The position numbers and the translations under genes were made by a program. From the NCBI GenBank assembly GCA_030141605.1, contig JAQGDQ010000162.1, positions 406,257-470,256 on the forward strand: a stretch of 64,000 bases of DNA, in the 5' to 3' direction. Of this stretch, positions 1 to 10,820 are shown in pieces. The notes under the pieces are model-generated. The model saw only the letters and a list, made by a program, of their open reading frames with translations. It searched no databases and had not been told where the DNA came from. Within the stretch, counting starts at the first letter, position 1. Every line of letters begins with the position of its first letter. Origin of the DNA: Tubiluchus corallicola (taxonomy: Eukaryota; Animalia; Priapulida).

Positions 1-184
1 CTAATAGTCAAAAAGCTAATACTAAAATCATTGCCCTGATTTAAGCCAAACTTTTTTCGCGCTGTGACAGCCTATCCTGTATTTAAACTACCCTAATCGC
101 CCGTGTCTTACTTTTGACCACAGCTAAAGCAGCCCCCTCTATCCTATGTTATCCATCTACTCTGAACAACCACATCTTGCCCTG

Positions 185-635
185 GCCTACTGTTTCTTAC
201 CTACCTTACATTACCGTACCTTACGTTACCTTAGCTTTCCTTACTCTACCATACCATAGCCTTCCCTTCCATTACCATACCTTACAGTACCTTAACTTAA
301 CTTACCTTGCCATACCTTACTTTACTTTACTTTTTCTTTACCATACCTTACCGTACTTTAGCTTAGCTTACCTTGACGTACCTCACTTTACCTTACCTTA
401 CATTACCTTACCTTACCTAACCTTACCTTACCTTACCTTACCTTACCTTACCTTACCTTACTTTACCTTACCTTCCTTACAGTACCTTAATTTGCCTTAC
501 CTGAACTTACCTTACTTTACATCATCCTGTCTTTTCTTACACTTGCACCTTCATGCTTTGTCATATCTGAAATTTTCTTAACTTATCCAAACTTACCTGC
601 CTTACCATACCTTACTTTACCTTATCTTATCTTAG
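185..635. repeat. Degenerate (CCTTA)n pentanucleotide repeat
   Basis: Runs of ccttaccttacctta, purest at ~390-475. Confidence 0.9.
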
Positions 636-912
636 CCCGACTCGTCTCTACTCAGATTTTCGCCCCCCCCCAACACCTTTTGACACACTTGTTAGTACCG
701 TCTGTACTCCATTAAAAAACCTTTTCCGATTTTTTTTCATGTTATTTAACTATGTTTTGAGGACATCCTTTAAAGCAATCCTCCAACATTGAAGCAGATG
801 CAGCAGTTTTGTTTTGTACAAGAGTAACAGTCAGTTAGCAACTGATTTTTGGTCTTTCTTCGCTGTCACAATTATTAACAAAGATTAAATCTGAAAATGT
901 TTTTTTTCAAAG

Positions 913-3900
913 ATGGTAAAGAAATGGAAACAATGGGCTACTATAATCAGCTTACAGATGAAATCACTTGGGCAGATGGAAGAAGTGGTGTCGTTTTTCC
1001 AGGTAAGCTAACCAAAAGCATAAAGTGAGCAAACACATTAGCTTGCGTTGTGATTCCGGATCGGAATCCAGTTTTACTTATAGTAGAACTTTTCTTTTTT
1101 TAACGAACACATTGTAATAGTTAATTCTGGAACTCATCAGAATATGTGTCCTCAACATTTGCAACTCAACGGAACACCGTTTCACAACATGTGTGCAATA
1201 TGTGTGCAGCTCAGCAGAACATGTTTCCGCAACATGCGTGCAGTGCTTATGCCCTCTGCCAAACATGCTTCCGCAACACGTGCATATTATTTGTGCAGCT
1301 CAGCAGAACATGTTTCCGCAACATGCGTGCAGTGCTTATGCCCTCTGCCAAACATGTTTCCGCAACACGTGTACATTATTTGTGCAGCTTAGCAGAACAT
1401 GTTTCCGCAACATGCCTGCAGTGCTTATGCCCTCTACCAAACATGTTTCCGCAACACGTGTACATTATTTGTGCAGCTTAGCAGAACATGTTTCCGCAAC
1501 ATGCCTGCAGTGCTTATGCACTCTGCCAAACATGTTTCCGCAACACGTGTACATTATTTGTGCAGCTCAGCAGAACATGTTTCCACAACATGCCTGCAGT
1601 GCTTATGCACTCTGCCAAACATGTTTCCGCAACACGTGTACATTATTTGTGCAGCTTAGCAGAACATGTTTCCGCAACATGCCTGCAGTGCTTATGCCCT
1701 CTGCCAAACATGTTTCCGCAACACGTGTACATTATTTGTGCAGCTTGGCAGAACATGTTTCCACAACAAGTCTACAAAGTTTTTGCAGCTCTTTTAAAAT
1801 AATGCAACTCGTGCAAAAGACACTGCAACTGATCACAAATTTTTTTTCGTTTACTGTAAGTTGAAGACATATTATGAAATATGCCTCCTTCATGAGCAAA
1901 TTGAACTGTTCAGAACAATTTTTTGAATATCCCTGGCGCGTCAGTCTATGTTTCAAATAGCAGTACAACATAATTTGTTCATGAAAAATCTAGATATAGT
2001 TTTGCGTCACTCAAGATCGCATGTTAGTAATTAAGAAAAATAATTGTAAATCATTAAAACAGTAGAGCAATGGTTTTGTCATCTACATGAGTCGCATTGG
2101 AGCATGAAATTAAAAAAATTACGGATAATGCTGTTAAAATTTGTTTAAATGCACACTGGATTAGAGAAATTGAAACTAATCATTTAGAAAAGAATCAGCT
2201 TATATCTTCTACACTACTTTCCGTAAATCAAGTGTCTAGTGACGTTGTCATGGTTACCAAAATTATGCCAAATTTCCATTATTTCTCTTAGATAAGGAGT
2301 AACTCAATATCGAACATCTTCAGATTCGTTCACTTTATGCACGTTTGCGGGTGAGAGAAGATAGACTTGATTCCAAATTTGGCCCGTTCTATCTCGTACA
2401 TAAATATGCACTGTCATGATGTGACAGATTTTACATAGGGCAGGCCTTGAGATAACCTCAGTTTAGAATTAATGAGTTTCGAATCTAAATTTGATCCTTC
2501 CTATTTCGCATATTATGCTTGTCATGGATGTGACAGATTTTACATAGGGCGAACCACGAGACTTCAATTTAGAATTTATGAACATGTGAAACGTGTGTTC
2601 TGTTTCTTGAACATGGTTACAAATGCAATTTGTTGTTTGAAGGAGCACTTTTCTGTTTTAGATGTTGCAGATAATAAGTTTACTTTGCTCATAAAGGAAG
2701 CCTATTTCATGAAAATACTCCAACTTGCACTAAAAGCAAGAACGTAAGGAAACAGAAAACCGAAACTCTTTTTGCAGGCAAAAATCCCGATGTACCGCCC
2801 AGGGACTTCTACCAAGAAATACACATTAAAGAGACAATCTCACGCAAATTGTTTGTCTCCATGAGCTGCATTGCTTCAACAGGAATCGTCTTTGTCACGT
2901 TTTGCTTAGTTTGCAACCATCTGTTTCGTAATAGAAAGTACGTAATCCTTTTTCCTACCTTTATTTTACATAGCAAAGATCAAGTAAGGGAAAAAGTAAT
3001 ACTAAGTGAAAAAAATTATAAAAGGTAATCATGTGGGTTTTATTACTCAGTACGGCAAGCTAAGATGGATAAACTGCGATGAAGTTTATCCTGTACCAGA
3101 ACAAAGTGCGGTAAATCAACTTGGAATGTACGATAAAGGAGCAGTCAAGTTTCTGTGAAAACAGAAACGTCTATAGTGCAAAGGCATAGAAATTTTGAGA
3201 AACATGTAAAAATTCGAAGAAAAGAGAATTTTGAAGTAAATCACCAAGAACAAAGAAATTATGTGCTACCTTCTTATAAACAACATAATTGTGTAACTTC
3301 TATCGTTTAATCTGAAAACAAATAGGATAATTTCATATAATTTTGCTCAATTTTATAGCGAAATTTAAATCTAATTGTTCTAATTAACTTTTACAACATT
3401 TTACGCAAATTATAAAATTTAATCTCTAGTCTAATTAATCTAATATTTTAAATAAACAAAGGTTCAAGATTTAAGAAACTAATAAATCAACTTGCATGGT
3501 AATCTTCTATAAGTGTAATTATGAAATTATATCAACAAATCAATGAATGACGCTAAACGATCTATAACTGTGAATGCCTCAGTGACTCCAACCTATAGGT
3601 AAGTGTATAGGTAAAGGACCGGTCACACGACCTGTTTAAAAGGAAACCAATTTATAACAGAAAAGAGGGGGCAATGCAATCTTAAATCAGCAGAAGTTAT
3701 ATTTCTTAACGTTACTCTTACCTGTTTGAAAACCTATGTAATTGGAAAAAAATTCTTAATTTAAATTATTCGCGCCACCTGGTAAAATGGGACTGCATCG
3801 CCATCCCATTGTGCACCACTGATTCACTAGACATGCATTATTGATTTTATTGATAGAATAAAGTAATTTAAACTTTTCCTTAGTCCGCGAAGAGTAGGCT

Positions 3901-6900
3901 GTCAATGCACTGATTGTTTTTCCTACTTTATGCAATTTTGTATAAACTTATCGTTAAAAAGGCTGCGCCTATATAACAGCGTCGTAGGAATTTACACGTT
4001 TAAATTTACAAGTTTTATACAGTGTTACTGCAAACGCAAGCTCTGCATGCAATGGGAAAGCATGTAAATGCACCGAATTTCAAGACGAATTTTTAAGCTT
4101 TATTTATGAAGGGTGTTTTCTTATGCTATAAGATACTTGCAAATTGAACGAATGTAATTGTTGCGTGATAGTGATAAAGATGAAAGTAAACAACTTACTG
4201 TGTTATTGAAATTAAGAAAAGCAGGCTGCATGATAATAATGATAAAAAAGTGAAAATCATGTAACTGTAAAAGCTAATGAAAATGAAGCGAATTCAATTT
4301 TAACTTCATAATATATTGATTAGTTTAAATGTACGGCCATTACAGAATGTAAACGTTTTCCTGTGGCGAAAAGTGACATGCAATTGCCTACGTTAAAGCA
4401 GGTTGAGATTTCATCTTCTGCCGTATTTGCTGTAGATGTAAATTAGCCAGCGGATCAACCTGGTCCCTTGTAGGTGTAACGTGGTGTAAGCGCTGATACA
4501 CCGTCACGAGATCTAGACAATACGTATGGACTGTTTACCCAGTTTATTTGCCAACAGATGGCACCTGCAGCGATTGCGACAGTTTTCGTGTGGTGTCACC
4601 TGTTGTCAAATGAACTGCATAAACATACGTATTGTCTAGGTCTCGTGACGATATATAAGGGCTTACATTTTTAGGTATGACACATGTTTTGAAAACAATA
4701 AAAATTTTGACCGAGTAAAAATGAAGATGTGGTAATAGAAGTAAGATCTGGTGACATGGTTTATATTGAACGTTGACAATAAGGGCTAACACTACCACAC
4801 ACGCACACACACACGCACACGCACACGCACTCACACACACGCACGCACGCACGCACACATACACACACCCACACACACACCCACACACACACATACACAA
4901 TGAAGTGACAAAATGCAACACACACGATGAAGTGACAAAATACAACAACAATGAAATGACTACAAAGTACATCTATACAACCATAAAAGAGTTTACTAAT
5001 CGTGGGTTGAGGTGGTTGGACCAGCAAAAAGCGGCAAAAGCTTTTCATACTGACCAGATGCACAACTTGGTTTCAGTGTCGCTTAACTGAAACTTACACA
5101 TTAAACGAAAAAGGCCGTTCAACTGTTCAGTACAACATTTTAAATATTCAATTTAAATTTTAGCCGTTTTATCGTGTTTTCAAAGGATAATACGCCTGTC
5201 TAGTCCGAAGATGAACAACGTTATTGCAGTTGGATGTATCTTCTGTTATTCCACGGTGTTTGTTTTTGGGATGGATAGCAACATGGTCTCCATTCCTGAA
5301 CATTTTACGAGGGTTTGCCAGGTAAATAAAATGTTTGTGTTACATCGAGGTACGAAAAGGTAAAAATGTTGAAATTGATGATAATAAAGTTGATGTTGAT
5401 GATAACGCTAATGGTGGTGGTGGTGCTGCTGCTACTGCTAATGATGATAATGATGGTGGTGGTGATTTTATTGATGATGCTGAAAACGATGATGATGATG
5501 ACGACGACGACAGTAGCAGTAACAGCAGCAACAACAACAGCAGCAACGTGAACAAAAACAATAATAATAACAACAATAAAAACGATGTTAGTGATAACGA
5601 TGATGTGATGACAATGATGGCGATTTCATATCTCAAAAACGATGACAAAGATAATGACGATAAGGACAACGACAATGAAAACTGTGATGATGATGACGAC
5701 GATGATGATGACACCATCACTTTTTAAAGAGGCCTCATTGGAGTTTTGCAGCAACGCACTAATCCCGCAAAAGAAACAGACTTTAGGATTTACTAAAATA
5801 TATTCTTTGCTTTTCTGTTTCTTCAGGCAAGACTAATACTTTTATCCTATGGCTACACATTGCAATATGGCGGATTATTCTTGAAAACTTGGCGCATTGC
5901 AACAGTCTTCAATTCAGTGAAAAGAGGTCAGACAAAAAGAATTGTAAGTTTGCTGACTATCCAAAATTGTTATGGCCCTTTGCCTACTTTAATATTTTTA
6001 TATTTTATCTTAGCTTGCACCGCGTTGTATTTAATGTTCCCTCTTTTGAAGAGGTTCTAATATAATTTCAACACATAAAAATTAATCACTATGTTAGATT
6101 TAAAGGGGTACCTAAAGTAAGTTTCAGAAAAATCGCCTTAAAAATTATATCACTTTATAGCAATTTTATGCGTATATCGTACTCGCGTTGAAAGGATTTT
6201 GTATTTGTTTTCATCTTAAATTTCCGGCGACACTCTTCTGACCGCTCTATTACGTGCGTCACCTACGCACAACGTAAGTCAAGGGAAGGAAAGGAAATGT
6301 TAATCTATGTCCCAAAAATTTCCATGCAAAATTATGTTACTTAGCATTTCGCTTACCTGCTTGAAAGTCTTATGTAACTAGAAAAAAATTATTAATTATT
6401 TAAAATGCTTTCACCAATTGGTAAAATGTCGCTGACTCGCCCTCCAGGGTGCACCACACACTAATCAAAAACGTATTTTTAATCTAACTGACAAGATACA
6501 GTAATTTTAAATTTTACTCATTTGGTGACGTGTGAGGTACGAATGCTCTGATTATTTTTTCAAACTTTACACAATGTTATTCTCTAAACTTGTTTCAAAA
6601 GACTTCGTCGTCAAAATACGACAGCGTCTAACGGTAATCGTGGGAGTTTAAATTTGCATGTTTTATACAGCATTATTGCTGACGCAAGTCTAATATGCAG
6701 AAAGGCAGTATATAAGTGTTGTAAAATTTAAAGACGAATTTTTTAAGTGGAGGGTTTTCTTGTGCTTTAAGAATTTCACGATGTTAAATTTAAGAATTTA
6801 AATGTATATTTCTTTGTCGCTACTAGAGATTTAGATTTTTACGGATGTGAAAAAAATCAATATCAATTGTAATTTATTAATAATTAATTAACATCACTGT

Positions 6901-9610
6901 ATACTTCAATATTTGCAATGCAGTATTAAACGGTGTACTATACAGTATAGAATACAATATTATTACTATTAGAATTCTGCTTCAAGTTGGTGCTTTATAC
7001 AGAATGCATGGAAAAAGCTTGAGATTAAATCATTTGTAGTTTAGGCTTAATTAACATTGAAAAATAAAAGAACGGTATCCTTGTTTTTAATGTTTTTCAT
7101 TGCTGGCTGATTTCAGGAGATTAAGGATGGTACTCTTCTTGGAATCATGGGCGCCATGTTGTTTATAGATACACTGCTTTTGGTCATTTGGCTTCTGGTA
7201 TCACCATTTGAGGGTAATCAACTGCATCTTCACCCACAGGTAAAAGTTGTTATACTTCTTGCGTTTATGAAATAAACAAAATGTCTGACAACTGTCTGTC
7301 TTGTTTTTGCTGTTGGGAATTTATTCTGTAGTTTTTCTCAATTTCAACTACTGTCTAGTTTTATTAACAGCCTAAAATGAAATAAGTTTATGTAATAGGC
7401 ATCCAGAGTTATAGTAATATAAGTGCTAAGCAAAGTAGAAATGTAAGTCTTATCTTACTGTTCTTTATCTAGCTCTGCTTTGTCTTGTATTTTCTTGCCT
7501 TGTCTTCAGTTTTTCTCTGATTGTTCATTGTGTAGTATGGTATGGTGTGGTATGGTATGGTATAGGATAGCACAGCATAATATAGTATAGTAGAGCACTG
7601 AACAGTCTAGCATGTCACAGCGTTGCACAGCATACTAGTGTAGCATGGAGTAGTGTAGTTTGTGTAGTGCAGTGTAGTGTAGTGTAGTGTTGTGTAGTGT
7701 AGTGTAGTGTAGTGTAGTGTAGTGTAGTGTAGTGTAGTGTAGTGTAGTGTAGTGTAGCGTAAAGTAGCGTAGCGTAGTGCAGTGTGGTATGTTCACAAAC
7801 ATGTTTTTCGCATTCCTTTTTTACAATCATCTAATATTCAATGTAGATACTAGAGGAAGCTGATGTCATGCTGTACAAAATTACGGACTGGTGCCACAGT
7901 GAGCATGGAAACATATTCTTGGGACTCGTGTTCACTTACAAAGGTTTAATACTTCTATACGGCGCATTTCTGGCTTGGGAAACCAGGTACGAACGTATTT
8001 TAGCTAAACTATAAGCTTCTCTCTAAAGGTTGTAAAGATAATAACGGTCACACACTATGGCCGAATTGTAATTGTGGATTTTGATTTGAGTTTGTTAAAC
8101 ACTTTTTGTTGCATTGGCCATTGTATCATTAAATTAGGGCTGTTATGTTTGATAAACTAAATGAAATACTGCTGCCTGAAAACACTAATATAGCTGCCTT
8201 AGGAGCTAATGATCTGTTGAAGTTGTTATTGTTTGGGAAAGATGAATTTAATTATTTTGTTAACTGTAAAATATTCCAGCGTATACATGACTTTATATTA
8301 CGTACTAAACGCTTCCAGTAGTTTCTATCTGATACGAGATGCGTCAATCATAAATATTCGTACACTAATATTTCTTAACTTTCATTTGGTACTAATGTCT
8401 AATGTAATCTTGTAGTAAAACTTGTTAGCTTGTGTAGCAACTCAATGATAAGTATAGTCAATTCTTACTGTAAATGTTTTTGTAAGTGTAGATAGTCTGT
8501 TGTGGTGAGGATCCTAAATCACGTTGTCAAACTGTCTGATCCAATCCTATAATAAATACAAGGCGCAATAGACATGTATATTCAAAATAACGTTTTTTCT
8601 GCTTCGTAAACCATGAACCGGAAAAAAACTTGTACATTTAGGAGTGTATCAATAGAGGAATTGAACGACAGCCGAATGATAGGGATATCCATCTACAACG
8701 TGCTCATTTTTTGTGGCATTGGCGTTCCCATTGTCATGCTGGTACACCATCAGAAGAATTTCAACTTCACCATTGTTGCGCTTTTTGTGATCTTTGTCAC
8801 CACGGGAACTGCAGTTCTTGTTTTTATACCAAAGGTAGGAACTAGGACCAATAACCCATACATCAAATGCATCATTTAATATTCTTCTAAATATTTCTGA
8901 AGATATCTTTAACGTCAAAACAAAAGAACAGAAAATTAAATTAAGACCTTATAAAAATGCAAAGGTTTGGATTGAAAATCAAAAGGTCATAACATGAAAA
9001 ATTCTCAACAAATTCGTCAACATAACCATTTCAGAATTAGAATTTCGGAAATTTTAATGGACGAACAATTAACGTAAGTGTAAATAACGAACTGTAAATA
9101 AGAATTCGACCTCCCCTTACATAACAGAGGCTATTACTATTTTCGATTTTACTCTAAATACCATTCACCAGGCAGGGCAACAACAAGTACCATTTTAAGT
9201 TTTTGGTATGACCTGCCGCAGTATCGAACTCACGACCTAGGAAGACGGAAAGTGGAGACTGTACTACTAGACTAAACCGTCTGTCCAGTAAGAAGACCAG
9301 TGCAATGATTCAAGCATCAAGTAGTAATAAATACCAAAAAGCTATACACGTTGTGTTATTAGATAAAAGTCTCATTATGAAGTGTCAATAGAAATTCAAT
9401 CGCTAAAAGACTTGCAATAAAAATCGAAGTTGCAAAATAAAAATCCAGAATTTTTGATTTGAGGATCTACAAATTACGTACATAGCGCAACTCTACGCCA
9501 TACTGCTGCTGTTTTTATAGTTGTTGAAACTGAAGAACAAAGTGGACGTGGTAGTCACAACAATCCAGTCTAAGCCACCAGATGTTGGCAAGCAAAACTC
9601 GCCAGAGTAA
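913..9610 (+). CDS. GABA-B receptor-like class C GPCR (GABAB2-like 7TM), 3' part; Venus-flytrap exons lie upstream of the window
   Basis: Phase-compatible AG/GT exons at 913-1002 (GKEMETMGYYNQLTDEITWADGRSGVVFP), 2778-2937 (PPRD...TM1...FRNRK), 5186-5321 (IIRLSSPKMNNVIAVGC...CQ), 5827-5943 (ARL...GYTLQYGGLFLKTWRI), 7117-7239 (IKDGTLL...IDTLLLVIW..SP), 7847-7986 (WCHSEH...YKGLILLYGAFLAWETR), 8642-8834 (LNDSRMIGISIYNV...VFIPK) and 9521-9610 (LLKLKNK...SPE*). The motifs SSP.MNN, KTWR, LAWETR, LNDS..IG.S.YN and FxPK are GABA-B hallmarks. Confidence 0.93.
1185..1768. repeat. 89-bp tandem repeat (~6.5 copies), each unit a dimer around AACATGTTTCCGCAACA
   Basis: cagaacatg recurs at 1215, 1304, 1393 and onward with period 89. 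The internal sub-repeat recurs every 44/45 bp. Confidence 0.95.
1830..2770. mobile_element. Penelope-like element relics (GIY-YIG endonuclease tail), two inverted fragments
   Basis: The + strand at 2472-2747 reads YYACHGCDRFYIGRTTR.LQFRIYEH...FSVLD...LLIKEAYFM. The - strand at ~1840-1930 reads FNLLMKEAYFIICLQLTVN. A partial duplicate of the C..C..YIG segment lies at ~2405-2450. Confidence 0.7.
3650..4131 (+). mobile_element. Non-autonomous TTAA-type (Kolobok-like) DNA transposon, family A, diverged copy
   Basis: Shares cttacctg.ttgaaa..cttatgtaa, tggtaaaatg, gtgcacca and caagacgaatttttaagcttt..gggtgttttcttatgct with the other family A copies. Confidence 0.65.
4485..4668. mobile_element. Small MITE-like inverted repeat element
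   Basis: Arms 4502-4528 and 4624-4650 are a 27-bp inverted repeat with 1 mismatch, extending imperfectly outward (gtaagc../..gcttac). Confidence 0.6.
6100..6770 (+). mobile_element. Kolobok-like non-autonomous element, family A
   Basis: TTAA-aggggtacctaaagtaagtttcagaaaaatcgcc ... gggttttcttgtgct-TTAA; collinear with 9845-10520 and with the reverse complement of 18661-19307. Confidence 0.8.
9165..9280 (-). mobile_element. tRNA-derived SINE relic with a MetaSINE-like central domain
   Basis: The reverse complement shows a B-box (GAGTTCGATAC) followed by GGTCATACCAAAAACTTAAAATGGTACTTGTTGTTGCCCTGCCTGG, which resembles the Meta domain as I recall it. Confidence 0.6.
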
Positions 9611-9844
9611 ACGTGCGTATAGGTGTTTATTCTGTTTATCTTTTCTTTTTCTTCCTTTCTCTTTCCTGTCGTCATTCTTCCAACGACCATCACCTAATAT
9701 AATATTAATGATATTAAAAACTACAAACGTTATCGCTTGATTATAAATAGGTGTTTATCGTTTGACTCTGTTATAGCTTTTCAGGTTTTCTGGCTATTTT
9801 ATTCAAGCCTAATTTATCCTTTGGGTGTTTTCTTTAGAAACAAT

Positions 9845-10520
9845 TTAAAGGACGAAAAAAGGGGTGCCTGAAGTAGGTTTCAGAAAATCGCCTTTAAAAA
9901 TTATATTACTTCATAGCAATTTTATGCGTATATCGCGTTAAAAGGCACTTTTTGTTTGTTCTCATTTTAAATCTCCCTTTCCCGCAATACTAGTACATGA
10001 CGTCATATACGCACAGTGTTAATCAGGCGAAGAAAAGGAAATGTTAAACTTATGTCCCGAAAAACTTTCCATGCAAAGTTATATTATATAACATTTCGCT
10101 TATCTGCTTGGAAGACTTATGTAACTAGAAAGGAAAATTATTAACTATTTAAAATATTTTCAGCAATTGGTAAAATGTTGTTAACTCACCCTCCAGGATG
10201 CACCACTCACTAACCAAAAACGTATTTTTAATCTTACGAATGTACAGAAAATATAGTAGTTAAAAATTTTACTTAGTTAGTGACTTGTACGCTACGAATA
10301 CTCTGATTATTTCTCAAACTTTACTCAGTGCAATCCAAACTTGTTTCAAATGACCTATTTTCAAAATGGCTGCGTCTAACAGTTATTGCGGGAGTTCAAA
10401 TTTACACGTTTTATACAACGTTACTGCCGACGCTGTTGCAAAAAGGTAGTATGTAAGCAGTATAAAATTTCATGACGAATTTTTAAGCTTTATGTAAATG
10501 GATGGTTTTCTTGTGCTAGC
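9845..10520 (+). mobile_element. Kolobok-like non-autonomous element, family A
   Basis: TTAA-aggacgaaaaaaggggtgcctgaagtaggtttcagaaaatcgcc ... ggttttcttgtgct. Confidence 0.8.
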
Positions 10521-10743
10521 AATGTTGCTATAAGCAAACTAGCTACGTTTGCTTTTTGCTGTCTTAGCTAAATGTTTGTCTGTCTTAGTTAAATACAGAA
10601 AAACACATATTTTTCTGTATTTTTTTCAGGATTTTTATGTATCTGCTTATCTGCCAACTAGATTTCAAAAGTTGCTGGGTAACCTTTGCGTAAATCATCA
10701 TTACGGGGTTTTAAGCCGGTGACCAAGGTATGTGCTTAGCACT

Positions 10744-10820
10744 GAAAGTTAAGCGACACTGAACCTGTTTACTAATTGGATGGATGTTCACTAGGAAAAT
10801 TCCTTCTTGTAGTTTCATCG
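10744..10820 (+). mobile_element. 5S rRNA-derived SINE-like relic
   Basis: AAGTTAAGC(box A)..ac.tgaacctgtttacta.TTGGATGG(box C)..actaggaa aligns to the 5S internal control region; homologous to 59428-59492. Confidence 0.45.

Noticed and set aside
185-635. Telomeric or interstitial telomere repeat
   Set aside because: The unit is CCTTA (TAAGG), not CCTAA/TTAGG or CCCTAA/TTAGGG; it is degenerate and intronic.
1185-1768. CRISPR-like pattern (17-bp repeat with ~27-bp spacers)
   Set aside because: The spacers alternate between two recurring sequences (an 89-bp satellite), the context is a eukaryotic intron, and there are no cas genes.
5335-5727. Acidic Asp/Asn-rich ORF as a biomineralisation-type protein
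   Set aside because: It lies wholly within a GABA-B-like intron (5322-5826), consists of mixed trinucleotide repeats, has a TTG start and has no signal peptide.
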